Source: Acinetobacter wanghuae (GTDB lineage Bacteria > Pseudomonadota > Gammaproteobacteria > Pseudomonadales > Moraxellaceae). Taken from it: a DNA stretch of 32,000 nt. The position numbers and the translations under genes are program-made. Below, piece by piece: positions 8,924-18,430 of this stretch (positions within the stretch are counted from its first letter, which is position 1; each line of letters begins with the position of its first letter). The stretch lies in the NCBI RefSeq assembly GCF_009557235.1, contig NZ_CP045650.1, positions 2,250,001 through 2,282,000 on the forward strand, given 5' to 3'. The notes beneath the pieces are model-generated. The model worked only from the letters and a program-made list of their open reading frames with translations. It was not told the DNA's origin and did no database searches.

Positions 8924-9068
8924 AACCACTAAAATGAGTTAAGTTTCACGAAAAATTCTGCGTCAACGGTCTTTGCAACAAAGTATTTCAGGCGCAGAAT
9001 ATCGTCATTCTCCTGTCATCTTCCCTCTTCAACATGCTTTTATCTTGTTCAATTCGGGTGATCGTCTA

Positions 9069-9782
9069 ATGCGGATCATCGGACATCGTGGTGCGCGTGG
9101 CGAAGCACCTGAAAATACCTTAGGCGGCTTTCAATATATTCAAGACCTTGGCATTCGTGCGGTCGAATTTGATGTGCGCCAACTGAAAGACAATGCCTTA
9201 ATCATTATGCATGATGATGATTTTGCACGTACTACCGGTCAGGCAAAACCACTCTACGAATGTAGTCGAGACGACTTAAACCATTATAATCATGCTGTGG
9301 CTTGGTCAACGTGGAATAAAGTCGAGGCCACCCCGCTGTTAAACCAAACTCTCAATGTCATTCAAAATTTTGATCATATTGAAGTCGAAGTCAAAGCGGT
9401 GAGTAATGAAGCAGAAGCCGAGAAAATCACTCTCGCGCTTGAGCAGCAACTCAAAGGCTTTGAGCATAGTGCCATTATCACGAGTTTTGACCCTAAAATT
9501 CATCACGCTTTAAAACAGCAAAAATCGCAGTTTAAACGCGGGTTATTGATTGAAACTGATATCAAACATCAAGCCATTGAACAAGCGGTTGAACTTGGTT
9601 GTTGCCAATTGGGTTGGATGAATCAATTGGCAAGTGCCGACATCATTAAAGCCACACAAAATGCCGATTTAAAGATCAGCGTTTGGACCGTCAATGATAT
9701 TGAACGTGCCAAAGAGCTTCGAGACTTAGGTGTTCAAGGTCTCATTACCGATTATCCTAAAATGATGCTGACCCATTTATAA
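9069..9782 (+). CDS. Glycerophosphodiester phosphodiesterase family protein
   Basis: MRIIGHRGARGEAPENTL, EFDV and the overall GDPD layout are present. The track start 8973 is a TTG that adds 32 non-homologous residues; I prefer the ATG at 9069. Confidence 0.8.
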   Translation: MRIIGHRGARGEAPENTLGGFQYIQDLGIRAVEFDVRQLKDNALIIMHDDDFARTTGQAKPLYECSRDDLNHYNHAVAWSTWNKVEATPLLNQTLNVIQNFDHIEVEVKAVSNEAEAEKITLALEQQLKGFEHSAIITSFDPKIHHALKQQKSQFKRGLLIETDIKHQAIEQAVELGCCQLGWMNQLASADIIKATQNADLKISVWTVNDIERAKELRDLGVQGLITDYPKMMLTHL

Positions 9783-9802
9783 TTCCCAGTGAGAGTGACT
9801 GA

Positions 9803-10285
9803 CTATTTTTGAGTCATTAATAGGACCTGACCCCGTGCATTTAAGAATTGAATGCGGTTACCTAGCATCTTATAAGCCTGAATTTCATTGAGGATCTGAA
9901 TGAGTTCGGCCTCTTGCGGCAGCGCGCCATCACAACGCTGATGGCCAGTACGCGCATCAAAGTCAATTTTGAGCAATTGTGTATTCAATGTGTACTTACC
10001 AATCACAGGATTACAGCCAGTATGTCCACTTAACAGCTTATGGCTGGCCCTTAATTCGAGGTAAGGTTCTTGCTGAAAAAATTTCGCTTTTTGTCCGTTT
10101 ATTTCAATAATTTTTAAACGGACATTTTGAATACCATCCTGACTTCGTATGACCTGTAAAGGACGTTCAGCTGTTGAATACTGTGCTTTTGAGGGCTTAG
10201 AACTCGACTGACAGCCCCATAAAGAAAGGACAGAACAGGTCATCATACTCACAAAGAAAAAATGCATTTTTTTATTTTTAGGCAT
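9803..10285 (-). CDS. META-domain (HslJ-like) lipoprotein
   Basis: A signal peptide with lipobox LSLWGC, and the GHTGCNPVIGKY segment typical of META domains. GAGGA lies 7 nt upstream of the ATG. Confidence 0.7.
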   Translation of the reverse strand: MPKNKKMHFFFVSMMTCSVLSLWGCQSSSKPSKAQYSTAERPLQVIRSQDGIQNVRLKIIEINGQKAKFFQQEPYLELRASHKLLSGHTGCNPVIGKYTLNTQLLKIDFDARTGHQRCDGALPQEAELIQILNEIQAYKMLGNRIQFLNARGQVLLMTQK

Positions 10286-10477
10286 CTTTAAATCCTCAGC
10301 TTAATACTCGGAAATCACGCTATTCATTACATACAGAACTTAGCCTATTTGCGCATATTATTCTGTTACTCATAAGTACAATACAGCTAAGCAATAATGC
10401 TAGTGAAGCACATAGACGCATGCTAATATGCTTGAGCTTTATCCCTGAAAACCCTGATGGATGAAGCCTTAGATTAA

Positions 10478-11671
10478 ATGTTTCAGGGTCTAGGAGTGCT
10501 GTTGGAGATGAATGCTCCCCTACCTCAAGCCCCAGTGAACTGGGTCGCTGTTTTTGCTTTGGTTTTTTTACCTATTGTTGCAATTATTGCGATTCCGTTC
10601 TATGCGTATCACCATGATTTTAGCCTTGCGGCTTGGATCAGTATGTTTGTTTTACTTGGCGTGAGTAGCTTAGGTATTACAGCGGGATACCATCGTCTTT
10701 GGGCACATCGTGCTTATGAAGCAACCTTACCATTAAAAATCATCCTGATGATTATGGGTACATTTGCAGTGCAAAACAGTATCTTGTATTGGGGTTCGGG
10801 TCACCGTACGCATCATCGTCATGTCGATGATACCGAGAAAGATCCGTATTCAATTAATAATGGTTTTTGGTATGCACATTTAGGTTGGATGCTTCGTGAT
10901 TATCCTGCAGCAGCGCCTAATTATAAAAATGCACCCGATTTACTTAACGACCCTGTCGTTATGTTCCAAGACAAATATTATGTGCCACTTGTGATTGCGG
11001 TACATGCAGCTATTTTGTTGCCAATTGGTTGGGCTGTCGGCGATATTGGTGGCGTATTATTACTTGGTGGTTTGGTTCGTCTTATTTTAAGCCATCACGT
11101 GACTTTCTTTATTAACTCACTGTGTCATATGTGGGGTTCACGTCCATATACAGACGAAAACACTGCACGTGATAACTTCTGGCTTGCGATTGCAACATGG
11201 GGTGAGGGTTATCATAATTATCATCATATCTTCCAATACGACTATCGTAACGGTGTGAAATGGTGGCAATATGACCCAACAAAATGGCTCATTTGGACCT
11301 GCTCTAAACTCGGTTTGGCAAAAAATTTACGCCGTATTCCAAGCTTTAATATTAAAAAAGCTGAGCTTGCCATGAAGTTTAAATATGCCGAGCAAGATCT
11401 AGCGATTATTTATGGTTTAAATATGAGCGATGATATTGCTCAAGTGAAAGGTAATATTGCCAAAGAATACGATGCCTTTACGCAAACTTTAAATGATTGG
11501 ACCAAACTGAAAGAGAAAGAAATCCAAGCGAAGAAAGCTGCTGTAGCAGAAAAAATTCACGATATGGATGAAAAACTTAAAGTTGAATTCCAACAAGTTG
11601 AACAGCGTTTATCAGAACATCGTGAGACACTGAATCAGTTGCTCCGTAACCTGAAAAAAACTGCAGCTTAA
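10478..11671 (+). CDS. Membrane acyl-CoA (delta-9-type) fatty acid desaturase
   Basis: Three histidine boxes (HRLWAH, HRTHHRH, HNYHH) and N-terminal TM helices. The start is ambiguous between the ATG at 10478 and the ATG at 10508. Confidence 0.88.
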   Translation: MFQGLGVLLEMNAPLPQAPVNWVAVFALVFLPIVAIIAIPFYAYHHDFSLAAWISMFVLLGVSSLGITAGYHRLWAHRAYEATLPLKIILMIMGTFAVQNSILYWGSGHRTHHRHVDDTEKDPYSINNGFWYAHLGWMLRDYPAAAPNYKNAPDLLNDPVVMFQDKYYVPLVIAVHAAILLPIGWAVGDIGGVLLLGGLVRLILSHHVTFFINSLCHMWGSRPYTDENTARDNFWLAIATWGEGYHNYHHIFQYDYRNGVKWWQYDPTKWLIWTCSKLGLAKNLRRIPSFNIKKAELAMKFKYAEQDLAIIYGLNMSDDIAQVKGNIAKEYDAFTQTLNDWTKLKEKEIQAKKAAVAEKIHDMDEKLKVEFQQVEQRLSEHRETLNQLLRNLKKTAA

Positions 11672-11687
11672 TTTCATTTTTGTTGCA

Positions 11688-11722
11688 AAATAAAGCTCCG
11701 ATTTTGGGGCTTTATTTGTTTC
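11688..11722 (+). terminator. Intrinsic terminator after the desaturase gene
   Basis: AAAGCTCC-gatttt-GGGGCTTT (8 bp including one G-U pair) followed by ATTTGTTT. Confidence 0.55.
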
Positions 11723-11800
11723 TTAAACGCCTAAAATGTTCAACAGTTTTCACAAGCGAAGTTTGCTATAGTTTGATGATTCGCACTGAGTTGAACTGTC

Positions 11801-13246
11801 ATGTATTTTAACGATCGCTATAACAGCCTCCCTCCTCGTCTCTATGACCGCCAAACGCCAAAACCACTACATGGTGCCAAAGCAGGTCATTTTAATGCCG
11901 CGCTTGCTGATGGACTAAATTGGTCAGAAGACGATAAAGCACAATGGGTGGAGATTTGTAGCGGGCAAAAAATCTTTGCCGAATTTGAACCTTTAGCGAT
12001 GGTCTATGCGGGGCATCAGTTTGGTCAGTGGGCAGGACAACTCGGTGATGGTCGCGGGCTCTTGATTGCACAAATTCTAGATAAGCATAACAACACCATC
12101 GATTTACATCTAAAAGGTGCTGGTAAAACCCGTTACTCGCGCAGTGGCGATGGTCGTGCGGTGCTGCGTTCTACCATTCGTGAGTATTTAGCAGGTCATG
12201 CTTTAAATGCTTTAGGAGTTGCATCAAGCAATTCGGTAGGCTTTACCTCATCGGCTCAAGGCGTGCAACGTGAAACCTTAGAACCCGGCGCAATGATGCT
12301 TCGTACATCTGATTGTCATATCCGCTTAGGGCATTTTGAATGGATCAACCAATTCCAACCTGACTTGTTGCCGGAGTTCACGCAAAAATGTATTGAATGG
12401 CATTACCCTGAATGTTTAGATGCCGAGCAACCGATTTTAAGTTTTGCCACCAAAGTCATTCAGCGCACTGCCGTGATGATTTCTAAATGGCAGCTCGTTG
12501 GTTTTGCGCATGGGGTCATGAATACCGATAATTTAAATATTACAGGTTCTACTTTGGACTTTGGTCCATACGGCTTTATGGAACGTTTCCGCCCAAATTG
12601 GATCAACAACCATTCTGATCATTCAGGTCGATATACGTATCAAAACCAACCGAGTATTGGACATTGGAACTTATGGACATGGCTGAATACATTAATTTCA
12701 CTCTGCCCGAATGACTATAATAAAGAGCAATGGAAACAAGATTTAGCAGTATGTTTAGAGCACTATGAACCGACGTTCTTAGAGTATTACAAGCTCGGTT
12801 TAAATCAGAAAATGGGCTTGCCAAGTTTCCATAAAGACAGTTTTGATTGTGCGATGGCATTTTTAAGAATCTTGCAGTCTGAACAACTCGATTACACGCA
12901 AAGTTTTATTCGTCTGCAAAATAAAGACTATGAAGTAATCAAAGATGACTGCTTAGACCGCCGTGCTTTTGAAAGTTTCTTAAGCCAATATGAAAACATC
13001 CGTGAATTTCAAGATGTTGAAGCATTGGATGCAGACATGGCAAAAGCCAATCCACAGTACATTTTACGTAATCATATGGCGCAAAAAGCGATTGAACTTG
13101 CTGAACGTGATGACTTTTCAGAAGTAGAGCGTCTGTTTAATTTACTAAGCAATCCATTTAGCAAACAGCCTGAACTTGAACGTAAGGAAGATTTAGCGCC
13201 GTTGCCAAGTGATGTACCTGAAGTGATGGTGAGTTGTTCGTCTTAA
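11801..13246 (+). CDS. selO: Protein adenylyltransferase SelO (YdiU family)
   Basis: YAGHQFGQWAGQLGDGRG, HGVMNTDN and a size of ~480 aa. The protein ends in ...VSCSS; from memory this Cys corresponds to the Sec position of eukaryotic SELENOO. Confidence 0.92.
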   Translation: MYFNDRYNSLPPRLYDRQTPKPLHGAKAGHFNAALADGLNWSEDDKAQWVEICSGQKIFAEFEPLAMVYAGHQFGQWAGQLGDGRGLLIAQILDKHNNTIDLHLKGAGKTRYSRSGDGRAVLRSTIREYLAGHALNALGVASSNSVGFTSSAQGVQRETLEPGAMMLRTSDCHIRLGHFEWINQFQPDLLPEFTQKCIEWHYPECLDAEQPILSFATKVIQRTAVMISKWQLVGFAHGVMNTDNLNITGSTLDFGPYGFMERFRPNWINNHSDHSGRYTYQNQPSIGHWNLWTWLNTLISLCPNDYNKEQWKQDLAVCLEHYEPTFLEYYKLGLNQKMGLPSFHKDSFDCAMAFLRILQSEQLDYTQSFIRLQNKDYEVIKDDCLDRRAFESFLSQYENIREFQDVEALDADMAKANPQYILRNHMAQKAIELAERDDFSEVERLFNLLSNPFSKQPELERKEDLAPLPSDVPEVMVSCSS

Positions 13247-13265
13247 TTTATTCACATCCCACCTC

Positions 13266-13304
13266 AAAACTGTGGATAATTTACGCATTATCCACAGTTT
13301 TTTT
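13266..13304 (+). terminator. Strong intrinsic terminator after selO
   Basis: CTGTGGATAAT-ttacgc-ATTATCCACAG, an 11-bp perfect stem followed by TTTTTTT. Confidence 0.88.
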
Positions 13305-13320
13305 GAGTGATCCATCACTG

Positions 13321-13692
13321 ATGACTTTACATAAACTCGCATCATCAACAGCATCGAAACTGCCTGAAGTGACAATGACACAGCCATTTGGTGATGGTTG
13401 TGATGTGTTTAAAGTCATGGATAAAGTGTTTATGCTGTCTTTTTATTTACAAGGCAAAGCAGCAATTAACTTAAAAGTCACACCTGATCATGGTGCAATG
13501 CTGAGAGATATTTACCCATATATCCGAACAGGTTGGCATATGAATAAGCAGCATTGGATCTCAATCTATGCAGATGATGTGCTAGATGAGTCTTTGGTAG
13601 AAGATTTGGTGCTCAACTCTTATGAATTGGTGGTGGCGAAACTAAAGAAAGCGGAACGGATGAGAATTGAAGTTTTAAGATCAGTTGAATAA
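13321..13692 (+). CDS. MmcQ/YjbR-family protein
   Basis: QPFGDGCDVFKVMDKVF and GWHMNKQHWISI resemble the YjbR family. The track start 13234 overlaps selO and the terminator; the ATG at 13321 gives a typical ~123-aa protein. Confidence 0.72.
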   Translation: MTLHKLASSTASKLPEVTMTQPFGDGCDVFKVMDKVFMLSFYLQGKAAINLKVTPDHGAMLRDIYPYIRTGWHMNKQHWISIYADDVLDESLVEDLVLNSYELVVAKLKKAERMRIEVLRSVE

Positions 13693-13792
13693 CCCAACAA
13701 TTTTTTCATCATCATTACCAAGCCAAACTCGGTATTCACTGAATCTCTTTCTTCCCTTGAATAAAAAGTGAGGAGAGATAGTATTTTTTAAT

Positions 13793-13827
13793 AACCTCTC
13801 CCTAACCCTCTACTATAAGGAGAGGGA
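13793..13827. repeat. REP-like repeat, copy 2
   Basis: AACCTCTCCCTAACCCTCTACTATAAGGAGAGGGA lies 16 nt beyond the permease stop. It has the same orientation relative to its gene as copy 1. Confidence 0.6.
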
Positions 13828-13843
13828 ATAGTCTTGATAAACT

Positions 13844-15196
13844 CTATATATTTTTAGACGATATTTTAAACAACACAAACAACAAGATAATCCAAACCGG
13901 CAACATCAACACCGACAACATAAAACCCTGCGTCCACATAATGTATAAAATCATCAACATAAATGCTAAAACAAAGTAGTTGGTCAATGGCGCAAAGATG
14001 GCAGGAAACTTGGTGCGGATATCTTGCACTTTTATCGCTTGTCTAAATTTCAAATGAATTAAACTAATCATCATCCAATTTAACACCGCAGCTGCAACCA
14101 CGATATAAATCAGATAACTCAATGCTTTTTCAGGCACAAAGTAATTCAGAATGACGCAACTAAAAATGAGTAATGCCGAGAACAATACCGCAGCAACAGG
14201 TGTACCTTGCTTGTTCACTTGCTTAAATAATTTTGGTGCATTGCCCTGCTCTGCAAGTCCCATCAACATACGGCTATTGGCATACATCCCACTGTTACAT
14301 ACCGAAAGTGATGCCGTTAAAATAATAAAATTTAGTAAATGCGCCGCCCATTCGATGCCCATTTGACTAAAAATCATCACAAAAGGACTGTGGTCTAAAT
14401 CACCTAAACTGAGTTGATTCCAAGGAACGAGTGACAATAAAACTGCCAGTGAGCAGATATAAAATAAGAACACCCGAATCACGGTTTGATTGACTGCACG
14501 TGGAATATTTTGATCTGGATTTTCAGTTTCCGCTGCCGCCATACTAATCAGCTCAATGCCGCCAAAAGCAAACATCATAAAGGCGAGCATATAGAATAGC
14601 CCATCAAAGCCATTCGGGAAAAATCCGCCATGCGCCCACAGGTTGCTTATTGAAGCAGTCGAATTCACATCTGCGGTGACTAACAGATAGATGCCGAAAA
14701 TAATCATTGAAATAATGGCAATCACTTTAATCAATGAGAGCCAGAATTCAGATTCACCATACATTTTGACATTGGCTAAATTGGCAAGCGTCACTGCCAC
14801 AAAGAAAACCAATACCGACAGCCATGCCGGAACCTGTGGCCACCAATAGTTGATATATTTCCCAATGGCGGTCAGTTCAGTCATGGCGACCAAAATATAC
14901 AAAACCCAATAATTCCAACCGGTCAGAAAGCCTGGAAATTTACCCCAATATTTGAAGGCAAAATAACTAAATGAACCAGTTACAGGCTCATGCACAATCA
15001 TCTCGCCCAATTGGCGCATAATTAGAAATGCAATCAAACCACCAATTAAGTAGCCCAAAATAATGGAAGGACCAGCGGATTGGATAATATGTGCTGAACC
15101 TAAGAAAAGTCCTGTACCAATTGCACCGCCCATGGCGATGAGTTGAATATGACGATTCTTTAGACGGCGCTGAAGTGTAGGCGATTCATTGTTCAA
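13844..15196 (-). CDS. aroP: APC-family amino acid permease, AroP-like (aromatic amino acid transporter)
   Basis: LKNRHIQLIAMGGAIGTGLFLGSAHIIQSAGPSIILGY...FLIMRQLGEM closely tracks the E. coli AroP N-terminus as I remember it, and the protein has ~12 TM helices. The only in-frame start upstream of the conserved region is the TTG at 15196. Confidence 0.8.
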   Translation of the reverse strand: MNNESPTLQRRLKNRHIQLIAMGGAIGTGLFLGSAHIIQSAGPSIILGYLIGGLIAFLIMRQLGEMIVHEPVTGSFSYFAFKYWGKFPGFLTGWNYWVLYILVAMTELTAIGKYINYWWPQVPAWLSVLVFFVAVTLANLANVKMYGESEFWLSLIKVIAIISMIIFGIYLLVTADVNSTASISNLWAHGGFFPNGFDGLFYMLAFMMFAFGGIELISMAAAETENPDQNIPRAVNQTVIRVFLFYICSLAVLLSLVPWNQLSLGDLDHSPFVMIFSQMGIEWAAHLLNFIILTASLSVCNSGMYANSRMLMGLAEQGNAPKLFKQVNKQGTPVAAVLFSALLIFSCVILNYFVPEKALSYLIYIVVAAAVLNWMMISLIHLKFRQAIKVQDIRTKFPAIFAPLTNYFVLAFMLMILYIMWTQGFMLSVLMLPVWIILLFVLFKISSKNI

Positions 15197-15350
15197 AACA
15201 CATTCTCACTATGAATAACAACTGAGTTTTAGATATTTGCAGTCTAATTGTCTAATCGAACGACTTGAAAGTGTACTTTTTATACGTTTTATGAAGAGAT
15301 AGAGATATAGACTTTCAAGCAGAAAAGAGCAAAACATTTTCTTTAGACAA

Positions 15351-15388
15351 TAAAAAACCCCAAGACTTAATATGCTTGGGGTTTTTTG
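15351..15388 (-). terminator. Intrinsic terminator downstream of tRNA-Leu
   Basis: The minus strand reads AAAAAACCCCAAG-catattaagt-CTTGGGGTTTTTT. Confidence 0.85.
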
Positions 15389-15392
15389 AAAC

Positions 15393-15479
15393 TGGTCCCG
15401 AGGGTCGGACTCGAACCGACACATCATCTCTGATAGTGGATTTTGAATCCACCGCGTCTACCAATTTCACCACCTCGGG
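15393..15479 (-). tRNA. tRNA-Leu (anticodon CAA), CCA encoded
   Basis: The minus strand reads CCCGAGGTGGTGAAATTGGTAGAC...GTGGATTCAAAATCCAC...long variable arm...GTCGGTTCGAGTCCGACCCTCGGGACCA. The 7-bp acceptor stem is CCCGAGG/CCTCGGG, the T-loop is TTCGAGT, and the anticodon loop is TTCAAAA. Confidence 0.93.
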
Positions 15480-15488
15480 ATGGGAGCT

Positions 15489-15516
15489 ATAATACCCTGT
15501 TTCAAAAACTTGTCAA
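15489..15516 (-). promoter_or_regulatory. Candidate sigma70 promoter for tRNA-Leu
   Basis: The minus strand reads TTGACA-16 nt-TATTAT, ending ~9 nt before the mature tRNA 5' end. Confidence 0.6.
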
Positions 15517-15641
15517 CGCAGAATAATTGCATTTGCCTATTTTTAAAACAACTATGAATTTTATGATTTAAAACTAAGCAATTCCCGCCAAAAAAAAGAA
15601 AAAAGTTTATACTAGTTGCAGTTTTTCTATCGTAATTCGTC

Positions 15642-16676
15642 ATGCAACTTTCTGATTTTAGCTTTAATCTCCCTGATGAGCTGATTGCTCGCTATCCCCT
15701 TGAAACTCGTAGTGCTTCTCGCCTGCTTCATCTTGATGCCAATGGTCAATATCATGATCATCACTTTACCGATATCTTAGACTTATTGGATGAAGGCGAT
15801 TTATTGGTCCTTAATGACACCAAAGTCATGAAAGCACGCCTGAAAGGTAAGCGTGCTTCAGGTGGTGCAGTTGAAGTCTTGGTCGAACGTATGCAAGATG
15901 CGTTTATCGCACATTGTCATATTAAAGCCAGCAACACCCCGAAAGCAGGTGCTGAACTGTTCATCGGTCCAGATGCCGTTAAAGTCACAGTTCAAGGTCG
16001 TCTTGAGAATTTATTTATTGTTGAATTTTCACAACCGATTTTAGATGTTTTAGACCAATACGGCGCGCTGCCTATTCCGCCTTACTTTAACCGTGAAGCA
16101 GAAGATATTGACACAGAACGCTATCAAACCGTGTTCAATGATCCAACCAAACTCGCAAGTGTGGCAGCGCCAACCGCGAGTTTGCATTTCGACGAAGCGT
16201 TATTGAAAAAGCTTGAAGAAAAAGGCATTCAAAAAACATTCGTGACCTTGCATGTCGGCGCAGGAACCTTCTTACCTGTTCGTACCACAGACATTGAAAA
16301 TCACATCATGCACAGTGAATGGTGTCAGGTGTCAGATGAATCTATGGCGCTCATTAAAGCCACTAAAGCACGTGGCAATAAAGTCATTGCAGTCGGTACC
16401 ACAGCAACCCGTGCAACCGAAAGTGCAGCGCAAGCCAATGGCGGTGAACTCAAAGGTTGGACAGGTGATACGCAAATCTTTATCTATCCGGGTTACGAGT
16501 TCAAAGTGGTGGATCGTTTGATTACCAACTTCCATTTGCCTGAATCGACATTATTGATGCTGGTGTCTGCATTATCAAACCGTGACAACATCTTAAATGC
16601 CTATGAACATGCGGTTGCAAGCCAATATCGTTTCTTCAGTTATGGTGATGCCATGCTGATTGATCAAGCGAAATAA
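15642..16676 (+). CDS. queA: S-adenosylmethionine:tRNA ribosyltransferase-isomerase
   Basis: [34 protein letters not shown] and [10 protein letters not shown] are present, and the size is ~344 aa. Confidence 0.95.
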   Translation: MQLSDFSFNLPDELIARYPLETRSASRLLHLDANGQYHDHHFTDILDLLDEGDLLVLNDTKVMKARLKGKRASGGAVEVLVERMQDAFIAHCHIKASNTPKAGAELFIGPDAVKVTVQGRLENLFIVEFSQPILDVLDQYGALPIPPYFNREAEDIDTERYQTVFNDPTKLASVAAPTASLHFDEALLKKLEEKGIQKTFVTLHVGAGTFLPVRTTDIENHIMHSEWCQVSDESMALIKATKARGNKVIAVGTTATRATESAAQANGGELKGWTGDTQIFIYPGYEFKVVDRLITNFHLPESTLLMLVSALSNRDNILNAYEHAVASQYRFFSYGDAMLIDQAK

Positions 16677-16692
16677 GCCAAGGACGCTGCCT

Positions 16693-17721
16693 ATGCCGAT
16701 CGATGCGGTGAAACATTCCATTCATATTCGTCGTCAGAAAAATGAAGTGGTTTTTCACAATATCGCTCGGCTTTGGCATTTAGGTCGTGAAGCCAAAAGT
16801 CATCAAGCCTTGCTCGATGGTTTGCATCCTTGGAATGCACCCATTCAATTAAGCTTTGATAATAAATTACCGCTCATTTTAGCCCTATTCGGCACAGTTC
16901 AAATCCTGACAATTATTATTTCACCGCATAATATTTGGTTTCAGTGCAACGCAACTTTAGGATTTTTTATTCTATTTTGGGCGTATTTAACCTATGAAAC
17001 CAAGCAACCGCTTCAAGACGTCATCGAATACTTAGAAGAAACGGCCCTTTCCCATAAATACCAATTGAATTTTCCGCAGCAACCCGAGCATATTTCTGTT
17101 CCGCTCAATTCCTTACAATTTATTGGGCATCTGAAACGACTCTTTCCCTTGTTTGAATGCGGTTCGCTTAGTAATGACATCAGTCGTTATGCCAGTACCG
17201 TTTGGGAAGATGAAGATGGCAAACAACATCAAGTGATGGTCTTTCAATACCATTATGTTGATGAGCTGCAAACCTATGACAAAAATGGCGATCGTGTCAC
17301 GATCAAAGAAATCCATAAGGATTTATGGGGCGTATTCGTCTTTGATGTTGCTATTCATGGCTTAGCCATTAGTACATCCAATAAAAAGTTTTATTATCCC
17401 TATGACTATGATTGGCATAGCAGCGACATTCAAACCAATCAAAAACTCAAATTTTATGGCAGCGATCCGCTGCAAATGGCAAAAATTATGAGCCCGGGAT
17501 TTGTCCTGAGGCTCGCGGATTTTTTTGAACATCGTCAAGGGGATCTGCTCTTTCACCCAGAAAAACAGCTACTCTGCTATTTAGGACCCCACGATTTGTT
17601 TAAAGTCTCAAGTCGTCAAAAACATATCAATGATATTTCGACATTGCGTGGACATCTCAGAACGTTTAAATTAATTGAATTGGAAAAATTACAACAGCAA
17701 CTATTACAGTTTTTAAAATAA
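16693..17721 (+). CDS. Hypothetical membrane protein: two N-terminal TM helices plus a ~230-aa C-terminal domain (possibly DUF3137-like)
   Basis: The ATG at 16693 is preceded by AAGGA and lies 16 nt after the queA stop; the track TTG at 16660 overlaps queA. The TM segments are LPLILALFGTVQILTIIIS and ATLGFFILFWAYLTY. I recognise no catalytic motif. The DUF3137 suggestion is from memory of that family's layout and its frequent lemA adjacency. Confidence 0.55.
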   Translation: MPIDAVKHSIHIRRQKNEVVFHNIARLWHLGREAKSHQALLDGLHPWNAPIQLSFDNKLPLILALFGTVQILTIIISPHNIWFQCNATLGFFILFWAYLTYETKQPLQDVIEYLEETALSHKYQLNFPQQPEHISVPLNSLQFIGHLKRLFPLFECGSLSNDISRYASTVWEDEDGKQHQVMVFQYHYVDELQTYDKNGDRVTIKEIHKDLWGVFVFDVAIHGLAISTSNKKFYYPYDYDWHSSDIQTNQKLKFYGSDPLQMAKIMSPGFVLRLADFFEHRQGDLLFHPEKQLLCYLGPHDLFKVSSRQKHINDISTLRGHLRTFKLIELEKLQQQLLQFLK

Positions 17722-17748
17722 TCATTCAAATTGAGAGGGATGTTTCTG

Positions 17749-18315
17749 ATGGGATTTTTGATTTTTGTCGTCATTCCAATTGTGGTCATTATCGCCATTA
17801 TTTTGCTGCGAAATCGTATTGTGCGTCATCATAATGCCACCATTCGCGCATGGTCAGATGTTGCGAGTTACGAACGTCAAAAGTTAAAAATATTAGATGG
17901 CTTACAACCCCTTGTGGAGCAATATTCAAGCTTTGAAAAAGGCACACTGGAGAAAGTTACCGAGCTGCGCCAAAACATTCTTAATTTAAATCTTAATAAT
18001 GCCGATGTGTCACAGCTTCAGAAAATTGAAAGTCTTAATCAAGAACTCATGCGCAGCTTAAATGTGGTCATTGAAAACTATCCGGAACTCAAAGCCGACA
18101 CGATTTATCTGAAAATGATGAATGAAATTGAAGAACAAAACGAAAATGTCGGTGCAGCGATTACCATTTATAACCGTAACGTTGAACTGTTCAATAATCA
18201 GATTCAGATTTTCCCACATAACATCATCAACGATATGTTGTTAAAGAAAAAAGCCATTCGCCCTTTCCGCGATCAACAGGCTGCGCAGAGTTTTGACTAT
18301 CGTCCGAATTTTTAA
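17749..18315 (+). CDS. lemA: LemA-family protein (divergent)
   Basis: An N-terminal TM helix, then AWSDV, ENYPELKA and YNRNVELFNNQIQIFPHNII match conserved LemA blocks. The candidate starts are 17731 (TTG), 17740 and 17749 (ATG). I chose 17749 for its spacing to GAGAGGG. Confidence 0.8.
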   Translation: MGFLIFVVIPIVVIIAIILLRNRIVRHHNATIRAWSDVASYERQKLKILDGLQPLVEQYSSFEKGTLEKVTELRQNILNLNLNNADVSQLQKIESLNQELMRSLNVVIENYPELKADTIYLKMMNEIEEQNENVGAAITIYNRNVELFNNQIQIFPHNIINDMLLKKKAIRPFRDQQAAQSFDYRPNF

Positions 18316-18430
18316 AAACCCTTATAAATTTATGTGAATCAAACGTTCGCTAAAAAAATATGCGTTGAAAGATTTGGGGAATGCACTTTCAACGCTCAAA
18401 AATATTTAAAACACGATAAAGAATAAAAAA

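Noticed and set aside
8955-9000. 8-bp inverted repeat (ATTCTGCG ... CGCAGAAT) with an inner CTTTG/CAAAG stem after the adenosyltransferase gene
   Set aside because: No T-run follows on either strand and it is a single occurrence. It is plausibly just a weak 3' stem or promoter-region structure for the next gene, and there is not enough to call a feature.
11330-11671. ~100-aa Lys/Glu-rich coiled-coil-like C-terminal tail on the fatty acid desaturase
   Set aside because: It looked like a possible fusion. However, bacterial DesA-type acyl-CoA desaturases of ~390-400 aa are common in my recollection, and the reading frame is continuous, so it is probably a normal family feature. I cannot verify this without an alignment.
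13270-13297. Two perfect DnaA-box 9-mers (TGTGGATAA and TTATCCACA) in inverted orientation
   Set aside because: They are the two arms of the selO terminator hairpin and are followed by T7, so the second box is a consequence of stem symmetry. One perfect 9-mer on either strand in 32 kb is not improbable, at roughly a 1 in 4 chance. There are no other DnaA boxes, AT-rich unwinding element or dnaA/dnaN nearby, so this is not an origin.
15209-15427. 72-aa minus-strand ORF between the permease and queA
   Set aside because: It overlaps the tRNA-Leu 3' half and its terminator hairpin, so it is an artefact of the ORF scan.
15393-15479. tRNA-Leu as a possible integration site for a genomic island
   Set aside because: There is no integrase, no partial duplicate of the tRNA 3' end seen elsewhere in the window, and conserved housekeeping genes lie on both sides. 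From memory, tRNA-Leu upstream of queA is also seen in pseudomonads.
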